Of a stretch of 64,000 nt of DNA, positions 12,195-26,925 are shown in pieces. Origin of the DNA: Aplysia californica (taxonomy: Eukaryota); the NCBI RefSeq assembly GCF_000002075.1, contig NW_004797325.1:719053-783052 (forward strand), read 5' to 3'. A program made the translations under genes and the position numbers. How positions within the stretch are numbered: the first letter of the stretch is position 1; the number at the start of each line of letters is the position of its first letter. The notes under the pieces were generated by a model. The model was given only the letters and a program-made list of their open reading frames with translations, was not told the origin of the DNA and made no database searches.

Positions 12195-13758
12195 TACTGG
12201 GAACTTATGCTTTGAGCCATAGCCAACAACAATAATTGTGTGTTTAGAAAGAGGGAAAAGGTAGAAGAGAAATAGAGAAAGCTCAGAGAGGCGCAGAAGG
12301 GAGTGAGATAAGGGAAAGAAAAGAGATAAAGAGAGAAATAATATTTTACATTTATCTTACCATGGCAAGACAGCAGATTATTGTTTGTTTACAGCCTCTT
12401 TTGTGGCAGCTTTCCGAAATTTAAAATGGATGGTTTATTTCTCTTTATGTTACTGTCAGCCTCTATATCTCTTTTATGGATGTTTGTTTTAGTATGATGC
12501 AGAATCTCAAAACGTCCACCATGTGAAATGGAAATGTCACGTCAGCAGTGCTTGCAAAAGGCAAATTTGTTAGATGCTTTAGAATGTGAGATGAACGGAA
12601 ACCCATCCACATATTTGTCACAAAAAGTCTGCTCTCTGTTTTTTTAGGCTGCTTTGCATTATCCATTGTGAAACAGTAATTCTAGATTCGGTATTAGTAT
12701 ACATCATGTCCGGTGTTGATATTTACTAACAACAATAAGGACGAAGTGGGCGCTATCAACACAAAATATTCATTCATTTCCCATGAGGACCTGAGTACCA
12801 AAGTTAAGTACTTTTGGGCTCATCAGCAAATTAAAATTGAGGAACACTTTTATTCCCGAAACAAACTCTCGGAGTGCAATTACAAAAGCGCGAAATAGTA
12901 TTTCTCAATGCGATATCGTAACATCGTACCACAAGGATGTTGGAATCGTACTAAATACGATTTTATCATACTGGTTGGCAGCTATGAATTGCGGATCGGT
13001 CAATGTGAGCTTCCAAAATCATCTGCTACTCAAAAACTACTAGCCTACTCGGAAACAAGATCCGAAACGAAATTTTGATCAGCAGCAAGTATATGATACT
13101 TGGTGTAGCGTTTCCCACAACTTACGCAGTGAATCAGAAGCTCTGTCATGTTTTAATACTGATCCCAGTGAGATCGGACACATGCGGTCGGCCAGGCTTC
13201 CTGCAACAGGTGAGCGAAAAAACTAAAAGAGTAAGTGAGTTAAAAACAAGTGAAATATCACTGCTCATTTTGTACTGAAAAATGGCAGCGCATTCCTCAT
13301 TCCCTTTCAGTAAAACATGGATACTGAGTATTTACATCAGTATTGATATTCTAGTACTCTTGGGGCCAAAACCAGAGAATTCCTAAATTCTATGAACAGA
13401 GCCTGCCATATGATTAATTTGCAACTTATCTCTGTCCTCTGTTATATAGATGATATGATGGCATGCAATACACTAAATCTGGGGCTTCAGAATTTTTGTT
13501 TGTAGGAGACATGAGAAGAATCTCAAGTTCAAGTAGCATCAGACATGATCAGACTCAGTCAATCAACAGAACCCTTTCACTTTGGAAGTGGCTATTCTAA
13601 CCAGGAGTGAAGGCCATTTCACACATGAACAGCAGACAACAGTGAAAAAAAAAAGGAGCTATACTAGATCTAGATCTATGTTTTAAGCAAGAAGACATGT
13701 CAAGAGCCGAACGCACCACTGATACCTACCGGTCCTCACAATCGTAGCCTAATATTAA

Positions 13759-14500
13759 CTCACTCACTGCCATGCCCGAACCCTGTCGGGTGATCCGCGT
13801 AGACCGCTGCCTGCCAAACCCGCAACCCGTCGGGTGCGTTTTTACTACTATTTTTCAAACATTCCCCAACGCATTTCGGGCTTGGCAGTCGGATGTAGGC
13901 GACGTAAGCCAGTTTAGTTTCGATTCCACATTGTTGCAGTAACTTCCCTTGAATAAGTTACTTAAAAATCTGACTTTTTCGAACTCACCCGAAACGAACT
14001 AAAAACTACTAATTTAACTAACGCTCAGTTACGATGGCGACGGCGTCTCAACGAGGTCGGGACATTTGAATTGATGGACCCATTCGTCAATAAAGGGTCA
14101 GATTTAGATCTTTTTGCTTGATAGTGATGTTGAACCATCATACAGAGTTGATAATGAGTATAGGAAAGGAAATAGGAGAGGTGCGGACTCAAGTGAAGAT
14201 GAAAAGTGTGCTAGATCTAGGCCTAGATCTAGAATCGGGTGTTCCCCATGCTCAGACCTATGATCCGATGCTTCCCGGTCCCATCACGCAAACGTCAAAG
14301 ATCACACAACAAAGATTTAGACCCCAAATGATAGGAATACAGCTGACATAGACCCTCCTATGTCTACACAACAAACTTCAAATAGTGGCACCCCTCCCCC
14401 AGTGGCCATGCCCCGTCCTGCAACCACATACCCAGATGTTGATGCTAAGGATGGGTGGACTGATGACTTAAATGATATTCCAGTTAGATCTATATAAAAT
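13759..14500 (+). mobile_element. Probable piggyBac 5' fragment with a decayed acidic N-terminal coding remnant
   Basis: TTAA|CTCACTCACTGCC terminus, subterminal CC(C/T)GTCGGGTG repeats, broken acidic peptide pieces (DSDVEPSY, DSSEDE, DGWTDD); no right end found. Confidence 0.45.
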
Positions 14501-14726
14501 TTGTCAGATATCTTTTCAAAGTGACTCTTCAGTCTTCAACATTTGCCAGTTGAAACAAAATCTATTTCTTGCAGAGATAAAGATATAAAGGCATGCATAT
14601 CGACTGAATGTACCAAGCACCTAAATGTTATGTAAACAAATTTTTTTCTCGATTTCGCCACATATTCACAAACTCATAAAATTTCACACGGTAAAGGTAT
14701 CACAACATTTTTTATTATTTGTTGAG

Positions 14727-14854
14727 TAGATCTAGAATATAGATCTAGATCTAGATCTAGTCTAGACTAGACGATACTATCTAGATCTATATCTATATCT
14801 AGATCTATATCTAGAGTCTAGATCTAGATCTAGATTCTAGATCTAGATCTAGAT
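14727..14854. repeat. Degenerate (AGATCT)n palindromic microsatellite
   Basis: Direct reading; similar arrays at 15877-15974, 43324-43348 and 44033-44067. Confidence 0.95.
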
Positions 14855-15129
14855 TCTCTATGTTTCAATGTTATTGTTTGTGGAAAAGTTCAATCATAAA
14901 TCAATGCTGTACACAAAATAATAAGCTTTTGTACTTTTCACCACGTACTTAATTTGAAGACTTAAGGATAAATCATGCCAAGCCGCATTCACAATCAGCA
15001 ATTGTGTAATGATGGATAAGAACGATAGCCTGTGGACGAAGGCGAACGCCTTGCAGTTTTCGTTGTAAGTTGGCAATGTTTATGTCAACAATCTACTGAG
15101 ACAAGTGAGAGCAAAACAAGTTTTGACCC

Positions 15130-15752
<623 letters not shown>

Positions 15753-16221
15753 TAAGAAATTTAAAAAATAAAATATTCAACCCATTCTACGTTCACGCTC
15801 GGCGCCCTTAGTGCAGTTTGCAGGCAGGCGCTGTTGAGGCTACTTTCACGGCACTCAAGTTCAAGCTTCATTTAATCTAGAAATCTAGATCTAATCTAGA
15901 TCTAGATCTAGATTTTAGAGATGTAGATCTAGATTCTAGATATATCTAGATCTAGACTAGATGTAGATCTAGATTAGAAGCAATGCCCACCGAGCGCGTT
16001 TTGTTCTGCCGATTTTTGGCCCCCGTAGCGGGGGTGTTTCGTGGGACGCACTAACGCAAAGGTTGTTGTCTTCAACTCGCTCTCATGCCGTTTCTAGTGA
16101 ATGGATGAATGAAGCTTGGTAGCCAATCAGAAAAGAGGTCAATCTCGTAGTAGGGTAGGTTGGGGCAAATTCGACCATCGGGCAACTTCGACAGCCTCAA
16201 CCAAGACCTGGCTTTTGAGAA

Positions 16222-16724
16222 GAAAGTGGCTATGCTATTCTCACCCGCCCGGAAGTTCTCGCAGGATCAACTCCTCCCCTCTTCTCTCTCTCTCTGTCTC
16301 TTTCTGAATACTGTCTATCGGTGTGGACGATCAAATTGACCAAAACAAAGTTAAAAAATGATGTTAAAGCGCAAAAGTAAATTAATTTGGTTGTCTACAA
16401 AGATGCTACGGCTATTTAACTTTTCGAATCGAGCCGAACTACGCGGGTCGCCATTTTGTTTTGCCCGGAAATTCTCGCGCTACACCTCTCTCTTTCTCTC
16501 TCTCTCTCCACTGCCCACAGACAAAATTGTGCGCTTTTAGTAGGCTACAGTTGTAATGGAACGTTTGTTCACGGCACAGAATTCTACAATTTTTCTGTTA
16601 TCACACTGTAGAATTCTGTGGTTTAGGTTAGGGTGAACGCAAAATTTGGTGAACGAGCACCGGGTGAGAATAGCCACAAGACTCGCCTGCACTATTCTCA
16701 CTCCGGGTGAGAATAGAGGTGGCC
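16222..16724 (+). mobile_element. Mutator-like MITE family B, internally deleted copy
   Basis: Colinear with 41155-41911; ends GGGTGAGAATAGAGGTGGCC. Confidence 0.85.
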
Positions 16725-16939
16725 TTTGAGTTTGAGAATCATTTGACTCCTGTGTCGTGGAATTATCGAAGCCCACTTTTATTCGTTGGGTGATCTTATA
16801 CTTTAGCACGTTAAATTCTTCAATTGATTTTATTCGGGCTCTAGATCTAGTCTAGAGTAATCGTACCGGTTCGGGCAGCACGTTTTTTTTTTTTTTGCTG
16901 TCCGGCACTGGAGTACAAAAAGATCGTTTTCAAATCTAG

Positions 16940-17720
16940 GGCTGGATTGTACTTTACCGGACCACCCGTCTCGGCCCGTGATTACTACGCACGCCTAGCA
17001 TAGTACTCTGCGTGCGGACAAAAGGTAGTTCTGCGGGCGACTTCGCGAAGTCAGCGGCGACTGGCAAGGCGAGGTGAGCGAGAGGTGGTGGTTGAGAGTG
17101 GGCAGGGGATTTAAGTTAACTTTAGTCTAGTGGACCACCGTGTATCATACCAACAGTGGGGTGGGGGGTTCAGGGGGGCTTGCCCCCCTGGAAACTATAA
17201 TAAAGAAAACACACAAAAATGCGAAACAAAAACATGAGCGGACAGTCGTGTTTACATATCAATGGGGGGGTTTCAGGGGGGCTAGCCTCCCTGGCAACAA
17301 TAATTTAAAGACACTCACACACATATATAAACAATAGCATGATAAGTTGCGAGCAGGGCCGATGGGATTGCAATTATGCAAATGAGCTCTCGTGCGCATC
17401 TCTAGCCCTCCATTGTACTTTGCCGGACCAGGAGTAGTCCTAGGCCAAGCCAGCAGAGTTGCGAGCAAATAAGAATAGTGGACCACGTGATTAGATTGAC
17501 CAATTAGCCTCAAGGTGTCAGGGTCAAAGGGCACAGTGGCACGGTCGTGATGACTGAAAAACCCGGTAAGAGACGTCAGTCGATTGCTGGCAGTTGAACA
17601 GTGAGGATGTAGAAAACTGAGTAGGGGAGCTCGGAAACGAAGAACAGCGGGCCACTAGGCACTAGGGGCGCCACAGCGAAAGTAGTTCCGACCGGTGGTC
17701 CGGTAAAGTACAATCTTACC
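16940..17720. mobile_element. Merlin-like MITE
   Basis: About 27-bp TIR GGnnnGATTGTACTTTACCGGACCACC; 8-bp TSD AAATCTAG (16932-16939, 17721-17728). Superfamily inferred from GG termini and 8-bp TSD. Confidence 0.8.
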
Positions 17721-17828
17721 AAATCTAGCCCCAAAAGAGTGGCACACAAACATAAAGCAACCTCCCTTACTTTCGTTGAAACAACAGTTACAGTTACGGC
17801 GATATTTTGCTAAAAATAGTCCTTAAGA

Positions 17829-18090
17829 CCGCTTTTTCGGTAGATTCTAGTTCCCACCCCCCTTATTTGAGCCTGACCTACATCTAGATTCTATCTATAC
17901 GTTTGATTCGCGGTGAGCTAAGATATCAAACCTAACAACAGCAAAACATTAAATTGTGGTAGAATTCAGGGGGGCATGTCCCCCTGAAACCCCCCTTCCT
18001 ATTTTTGTTAGTGCCCCCCTGAAACCCCCCTACTCTTGGGGCCAAAACCTGTGAATAACAATTGCGGGGTGGGAACTATCGAAAAAGCGC
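17829..18090. mobile_element. Small TIR repeat; partial inverted copy at about 42745-42895
   Basis: CGCTTTTTCGGTAG..TTCCCACCCC / GGGGTGGGAACTATCGAAAAAGCG. Confidence 0.65.
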
Positions 18091-18439
18091 CGCTTTTTCT
18101 TCATCAACTGAGCAAAACAGCGTGAAGCTCTTTCCCCGGAAGAGTTAACATTGGTTGTGGATGGAGCTGTGACCTAGATAATCTAGATTTTACGTTTTGG
18201 TAGACTCTGAAGGCTGGAGAGTTATTTGCATATGAGGCCCTGTCAAGGATGAAATGAAAGAATTTGTCGTTTAGTCTCGTCGTTTTTGCCCAAAGTGGGG
18301 GTGCCCGGATTGTAACATAAAATCCGTAGTTTCTCATCCTTCGGGCACATAAGATAATATAGAGCCAATGGTTATATAACAAAGAATAAAAAATTTGTGC
18401 ATAATTTAAATAATAGTAGAGTCAGATACAGCATATTAA

Positions 18440-19039
18440 CCCTGGAAGCGCGCAGGCCCTATATAAAGGGCGTGAGCCGGGCTACCCGGGAAGCGCGCAC
18501 GCCCTATATATAGGGCTGACCTACTTCGACCGGGAAGCGCGCAGGCCCTATATAAAGGGCAAAGACGCTGACCCTTTTCTATGGAAAATGACGTAGTCAA
18601 TTACAGGCCAAAGTTATAAATAGTGACCAATGACTTTGCAAGTTATCTTGACCTCGTAGAGCGTCTCTTGGCCGAGATATCGATCGATAAAGTGACGCGG
18701 TCCCGCTGAGCGACTACACGCTATGTGTTATCACTTGTTTCGCCGTGCTGATGTACTAATTGTTGAGTCTATCGCGTTCTCGGCATTGTTTGTATTTATT
18801 TGATCGCTGATCATTTTTGAATGGCTCATTCTATCAGCTTAAAGAAAATATATGCTTTTATATGCTTTTTATCATCCGTTGAGCCGTAAATGGTAATTTT
18901 TCAGTAGCAGGTATACATTTCGGGTATCTCAGCTGTTTCTCCCCCCCCCCCCCAAACCCCCATGTTTACAACTGATCGGCCGTGGCGGTGGGGCATTTTT
19001 GACGGGTTACTTCCGGTGAAACGCTGAGCGCTTCTAGGG
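18440..19039. mobile_element. piggyBac-type MITE
   Basis: TTAA|CCCTGGAAGCGC...GCGCTTCTAGGG|TTAA. Confidence 0.9.
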
Positions 19040-19716
19040 TTAAGCTTGCAAAGAAACAAATGTGATAATAATTGAATATGACCGAATGTCAAAATACTGC
19101 CCGAATCCATGAGAAAACCCAAAAAAATGTGACTGAACACGTAAATAAATCGGGCGTCACTTTTGCACCCAGTAAGGGTAAGGGCCTCAAATATGAGAAC
19201 AAGCTGAAACAGGTCATTCATGGGGTCATCCAATCACAGGGCTTCCTGTAGCTGGTTTCGGTTTGGAAAGTGGCTATTCTCATCCGGGGTGAGAATAGAA
19301 AAACGATCTACCTCTCACCCCGGGTCAATGCTCTGTGTTTTTGTCTAAATAACGACAGATCATCGTGTTTGAGGCGATAAACTACTGATTTGTAATGATC
19401 TCAAGTCTTGAAAAAAATTAGGTTCCATATATTTGTTATAGTGATTGTACTCTGGTCTGTTAATGTGGAGATGTTTAGTGCACTTTGTACTCTTTTATTG
19501 TCGGTCAAACATGGGGTTGCAGCCAATGACAAATTTCATCAAATTTTAAACAACTACCATTTTCTTAAAAATTGACTTAAAGGTTAAAGAATGGTACCAA
19601 AATGCTCAGTAGCTATAGGCCTTTCAAATGGAACAGATAAATTTGGCTTACAGCTACTTTGGAAATTTAGTTTCTGGTACCTACTCATGTAATGTATGCT
19701 CTTTTTTAAAATATAA

Positions 19717-19944
<228 letters not shown>

Positions 19945-20608
19945 TAGCATGTGTACACTTATTTTATTTTCAGTGTGTAATACGAGCCTAACTAAATGTA
20001 CAAAATATGTTATTATTGGTTCCGGAGAATGAAAAGAAGGGTTCTGACTGATTATGAAATGCATAACATTTTGTTTTGAGAGCAAGTGTAGTAATTGATG
20101 GTCTTTAATACTTGTCGGTGCTACTTAACTCTTATCCTGCGTCTGTGCCCAGATGCGTATCTTATCAGCAACCGCTTACGTCGGGCAGGCCGCCGGGAAA
20201 CGTGTGTTTTCGTCATAGATACCGCGGGAGTGTGTTAACCGATGATGAAAATAACGCGTTATAATAGAAAGCTATTCCCAAACGGGACTCACATTCTTAA
20301 GTAGTACCTACTTGTCCATGTGTTGAATTCTCTAGTGTGACTATTTTGAAATCTTTAGTTCACTGCATAAAAATTCACTATATTCGAGTATGTGTCGAAT
20401 ATCATGACACAAGAGTGCACAATTTTGAGCCTTTGTAGGTTGCTCTAGTAAATGAGGGATGGCCTATAGTTACACAGATAATGTGCTCTTTCTGGGAGTT
20501 TGGAGTTATAATTATTGGATTTTGTAATGATTTTTTGTTTCTAGAATCTCACCTGATTTGGTACTGTTTGAATGGGAGTAGGACATTACATGAGTGCATG
20601 CAGGATGA

Positions 20609-20794
<186 letters not shown>

Positions 20795-21447
20795 TGAGAA
20801 AAACAAATTTTTAGTCACATCATGAACTGCAGCTATATCGGGTGTCTAAAAAAGAAGATTCATTTGAAGGGCAATAACTATCATCTTTAGACCAATTTCA
20901 TCAAAACTTGGAATAGGTTCAATGGGGAGGGGGTCACTTTTGTCAATATGAAGAAAATTAATATTCGAACAATATCAAGGTTTTAAAAATTTCAGTCAAA
21001 ATATATTGGGGGGGGGGGTATGGGAAAATTGAGTTTAACCCCTTCAATGCTAAATAGGCTCCTGTGCCTGGGGAAATCCCATTAACCAAGGCTGCTCAGG
21101 GGTGATCCCGCTCTACATCCCATAACTTTTTTATTTATAAATATTTCCTCATGAATTTCTGCATGTACAGTCAACATTGAACCAGTTTTCTGTTGATATA
21201 ATTTTTGGGGAATTTCAGTGAGAGATAGATGGAGAAAAGTTGGAATTACTAACCTGATGCCAAAAACACCACCACCAGATAACATAAACAACACACGTTC
21301 GAATAATGATAAACTGAGATTTAAGGGGGCGGATACATGTTGTGTGAGTGTTAACAGGTAAAGAAGTGACAAGCTGTTTTTCCTACCTTATACAACGCTC
21401 GTACAATCCATATATATACATGTAAGCCCATCTGTGTGTTAGATCTA

Positions 21448-22776
21448 CAGAGATGCCAACCAGTATGATTTTTTTCCAAAAATACGCGAATACGACTTCA
21501 TGAAAAAATACGCATCCTGGAATGCGAAAAATAGGAGATTCGGCTTGGGCGAGTAAAACTTAATTATCTCAAGTTCTATCTTTTGTCAAAATAGTATCAG
21601 TATAGCAGAACTGGAATATTTGAAAAGCAAGTCCGATGTGGTCAGTGGGTTCATTTTTGCCGGTCGCGATTGTGATGTTATATTCGTTCAGCTTTTCCCC
21701 GTCCGGAGAGTACGTTTCTTTTTCACGAGAATAGGCAGCTATGGCGGCAGGCGGAAGCGTATGTGACACCCAAGCTCAATCAGGAAAATCAAGATCTGCT
21801 TTCGTTACCACCGAGAAGTTTGCCAGCAATTGTTTGATAATGAAACATTTGTGGCATGCAGGTTTTGCAGTAGTATAAATGCAATGTCGCCGTGCAAATA
21901 AAATATATATTGTAATAAATATTCAGACTCGTCGCAGTGCTGTCACTTGTGGAAGAAAAGAAAATAAAAGCGTCGTCCGATTTTTAGATTGTCTGGCTCG
22001 CCATCGTGACCGGTCACTGAACCTGCGCGCAATCGCATCACAAATAAATGCGGCATCGTGTGAGGAAAGACCGTCTTTGGCGGGAGTAACGGCGTTGCAA
22101 AGTATATGACTACGGAATAGGGGAGGAGATTATTGATATTTTTTGGGTTTAAGATACTATCGGGGGGGGTGCGGAATCGGGACCCCTCATACTTTGCAAG
22201 TCTGTGTTATTGAAATAGTTTCATTGGATGGGTGATAGTAAATTATACCTAGAGTGTATGTTGTAGCTTTTTGTTCAAGACTGGCAGATTTTCAGTGTCA
22301 CTGCATCTTGCCCTACCACAGTTGTTACAACTCTCACAATGCATGGGTCTACTTGAACCATTCAAGTTATTGCTTTTCTCGGAGTTTGAGAAATAATTTG
22401 AGTCTGTCAGTTCATAATATGAATCATGATACCCAGACTGGTTCTTGATAATTGAAATTCTTGTTCTAGGCCCTTCCAAACTGTCAAAGCAGGATTTATT
22501 TTATATATATATAATGAGAGGAAAATATATAATAGACTGAAATACTTAAGTCAAACAAGACCCTAGTACGACATTGAACACTGACATGTTGTTGACTGGA
22601 TACATTTGTACGCGTGTGCTCCCTTTTTCGGGCTGGTGAGCTAGTAAATTTTTTTCAGGAAATATTGCTGGACACCGTGAACATTTTATTATTACTGGTT
22701 GGTCGGTCGGTCATGGGGAATACACATTTTCATATTTCCCAATACTCATTTCGGTTTTCTGTGGTTGACATCTCTG
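21448..22776. mobile_element. hAT-like element with 6-bp TSD
   Basis: TIR CAGAGATG(C/T)CAACC; GATCTA at 21442-21447 and 22777-22782. Confidence 0.85.
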
Positions 22777-22972
22777 GATCTAGACCTAATCTTCTCTTTG
22801 ACCTAAAATCTGAATCTGACGCTTGGAAATGGAGGTAAACTTAAAGGGAATGTACCCCAATAATGATTACAAGATTTTAGCAGTAACTTCCCTTATATTT
22901 GGTTTAAAACAAACACTGTCAGTCTTGTACCTTCTACGAGCGAGGGGGTTAAAGTGTATGTGCTCCGAATAA

Positions 22973-23218
<246 letters not shown>

Positions 23219-23987
23219 TAACACTCAGATATCCATAAGTACTGTCAAGCCCTGTTATGTCTTCCTTTGGGTCAGCATGAAGTGAAACAAGATTTAAATG
23301 TTCTTTGTTAGCACCGACTGCTGTCTTGCCTAATGGTAGACTGGGAGAGACTAGAAAGAGGCTGGTCTGTCTTGTCTAATCTAGATGCCTTGTGCAATTG
23401 CCATGCGCAGGGGAAAAACAAGCAACGAACTACATGCAGCTCCAGCTGAAAATTGCAAAAGTTCAAATTGAAGATTTCTGCCAGATCAGATGCTAGGTTT
23501 TGTGTGTAAGTTGTAAAGGATCCTGGAGATGTAGGGAGTTTTTTTCCCCTTGCCGTCTTCAGAGCTGTCGGGTAGACTTGAGCATGAATGAGTCCTCACA
23601 ATATGAAAACCTTGCGGGTGCACCCCAGCCTTTGGGTGATTGGGTTATCTGGCGATGCCAGAAACTTGGCTGGCTGGCTGGACCAAGATGGCGCGGTTCC
23701 ATTTTAATTTGTATTTGTAATCAATTTTTATTTGCTGGGAAATTTGTAACTTATCTGAATTTACTGGGGTTCTGGAGGCTTTGAGTTTTAGGAAGGATGG
23801 GGCGGGGGTTGCATGGGTCGTGGCAGGGTTGACAGTTCTTCATACTGTTTCTCACTAAAAGTGAAATTACATTCGCACTGTTTGAGTCAAGTAGATTGCT
23901 TTTCTCTTACTTTTTCTAGGCATGAATTGTGTAGTTTTTTTTAACTTTGTGATAGATGAAATATAATTTTTTGAGGCATTTTTGTAA

Positions 23988-24212
<225 letters not shown>

Positions 24213-25578
24213 TAAGATTTTTCTTCTGCGTGCTTAGGAGATAGTCACCCGGTGCTGTCAGTCTAGCTGTCCTTTCCTGCTGGTCTGAGAGAGAAAAATA
24301 AAGAGAAAATTTTTCAAATCTCTGCTCTTGGATCTCCCCTCGTGTTTTTTTGTTTTTTACCACTCACAAATTTAGCGTGCTTCTCGATGCAATGTGACGT
24401 TGGTAGGAATGTTTTCTGTATGATTTCATCGTTTATGGTCGAAATTGTCTGAGACAGCTTCCCATTATCGAGGAAAACATTTTTTGTCTCAGATGAAACT
24501 GGTGTTGTGGTTAGGTGCTTTGCTGTCTCATACATGAGACCTGTGGGTGGGGAGAAAAATTTGTTCAAGCATCTGTCTTTTCTGATTGAATGTTGTATCC
24601 TTCTGTAGGGGGTTTACAGTGGGTATCGCATTCAACGATGTTGCCGGGACCGGCTTGTTGTCCTCATTGGATCTGACCTCTCGTTGAACGTGACTACGGC
24701 TAAAGAAAAGAAGGGAGACAAGTTATTATATTACGCGGTGTAGCGATATCAATATAATTAAAAGTTGTTCCCGTGGGTGGTTGGCGGGTGCTCCGGTGTG
24801 GTTTGCTGGTTCTTCTTTCCTATCTGGCGCACTTTTTGTGCCAATTTCCTCCATTTTATCATTCACTCATTCCGTCTATCTTTGGGTTGTTGCCGCGGCT
24901 AGACAATCTGCGTGTTGATCAAGTAAATTGACTTGTGATCTTAGACAGAAAATTAGTCAGAAAGAATTTTTTTTTTTTTCAAATTTGTCTAGATCTAGAG
25001 AAATGATCAGTGCGAGGATTCTACGGAACGAGAACGCTCGATAAGGGCCGCAATGAAATAAATTTATGCTAAAACTACTAAAAAATCAATAATCATTCGA
25101 AGTGGTGTTCCGAGGTTGCGACATTCAGACGTGAAATTTAAGGAAAATTAGAGTATGCGCCGGGTAACTATTGGGAAGGTACATATCTATTCATTATTCC
25201 CAGGTTTGCCTTCTATCAATGGTGCGATGGCAAATTAATTGAATTATAGTAGCAATGCCTGCTTTTAAACATTGCCATCAATGGAAACATATTGTGTGGA
25301 TTTTGGTGAAGAAATCAAACACGGCAATGTTGGTGAAAAATTAAATGTTATGGTTTGTGGGCAATCTCTTCAGACAGCTCCTAAGTGCCATTTTCAACCC
25401 TCTAAAAGCACTAAATTTCAATTTCTTTTGGGCTCCGACCCCTTAATGAAGGTAGATTGTTCTGATATGCTGTTCTACTGCAAGCATATGCTCCACTTTT
25501 TTATTTGTGCAGATGAATATGGTACCCGTGTGTGACAAGTTACAAGACTGCTTTGGTGATGAATGCTGATAGAGATAG

Positions 25579-25692
<114 letters not shown>

Positions 25693-25824
25693 GTGTCTGT
25701 TCCAGTCGTTGCTATACATTTTGCTTATTTCTATTCATCATGGTATCAATACACGAGGTTCATATTTTTGACCATTCTTTGTATTGTGGATACTTTATAT
25801 AGTATGAGTATGAGAATCACTGTA

Positions 25825-25830
25825 AATAAA
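25825..25830 (+). terminator. PCNA polyadenylation signal AATAAA
   Basis: AATAAA about 130 nt after the stop, followed by T/GT-rich sequence. Confidence 0.6.
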
Positions 25831-26254
25831 CTCTTCATGTCATCTTGCAATTTTTGGCTTTTTGAGACTTTTTACTCATTGGTGTGTGTGTTTTTTTCCA
25901 CGACTGCACTCCTAGGGCACTGGCAAACAACTTTATTTTATGGAATTTTGCCCATGGCCGATAAGAGGAATTAAAAATTTAATGGCATAAATTTTTGGGG
26001 GGAGAAGACAGATGGTTGATTGAAATTGCAGTCACAAATTAGCTGTGAACGGCAGTCGGCTTGAAATGGCCTTTGAGTTTCTAAACCACTTCATTGGCAA
26101 TAGAAACCACTATGTACAGTGGTGATGAAACTAACAGTGATGAGGGTCTCATCTGCCATTTGAGAGTATATTTAGTGCTGGGGGGCCGCTCTTGTGGCTG
26201 AATAATGACACGTCAAATCCCCACCAAACTGAGTGACACTGGCATAGCTATACC

Positions 26255-26700
26255 TTCATGGTCAGGTCAGGAGGTTAAGGTGTTTACCTCTGATTCAAAG
26301 GTCCCAGGTTCAAATCCAGATAGCAACCGAAACATTTTCTTCTCTGTCTTGTCTTCTTTCACCTCTTGCAATGTTCTTTCGTCTCCACTTTCTGCCTCCT
26401 CTGAGCTCCTGATTCTTTCTGCAGCCTTTCTACTGCTACTCTTGGCTCCTTACTGCTGTCTTTCAGCCACACCCCTGATCTTCTGGTTGGAAAGGTCTAT
26501 ACTGTATTGCCCTTCTCGAACAAGAGCGAAAAATTTCGGAGGTCCCGTGTGCAAGTTGCGCATGTTAAAAAAATTCCTTGTTCTAAAATCGAAGCGTAGG
26601 CTTCAGCCGCCACCTGGGCAAAATTCAAAATTTCCTACGAACTGAAAATGTTTAATGTGTCCAGCGCACTCATTTGACCTTGCAGTTGCTTGAAACACAA
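26255..26700 (+). mobile_element. tRNA-derived SINE, diverged copy
   Basis: B-box GGTTCAAATCC; colinear with 58691-59217. Confidence 0.85.
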
Positions 26701-26925
26701 ATATGTACACGATCAACCCGTTTACTGTGGTTCACCTAGGCCCAATTCACCTTCAATGGTAGCTACATGTATTATTTTGCTTTTTCCTGCTGTCTGTATA
26801 GGCTTTTCTTTATGTTTGGATCCATTACACGTTATATATACATATATAGTAGTAGCCTAGCAAGCATGTCTGAATGCCTGCTGTACTGTAAAAACTCTTT
26901 TACAGCTACAGTAGGCTACATAGTA

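Noticed and set aside
12463-13278. Cluster of short ORFs as an extra gene between MICU1 and PCNA
   Set aside because: No recognisable domain, no consistent splice pattern, lengths expected by chance
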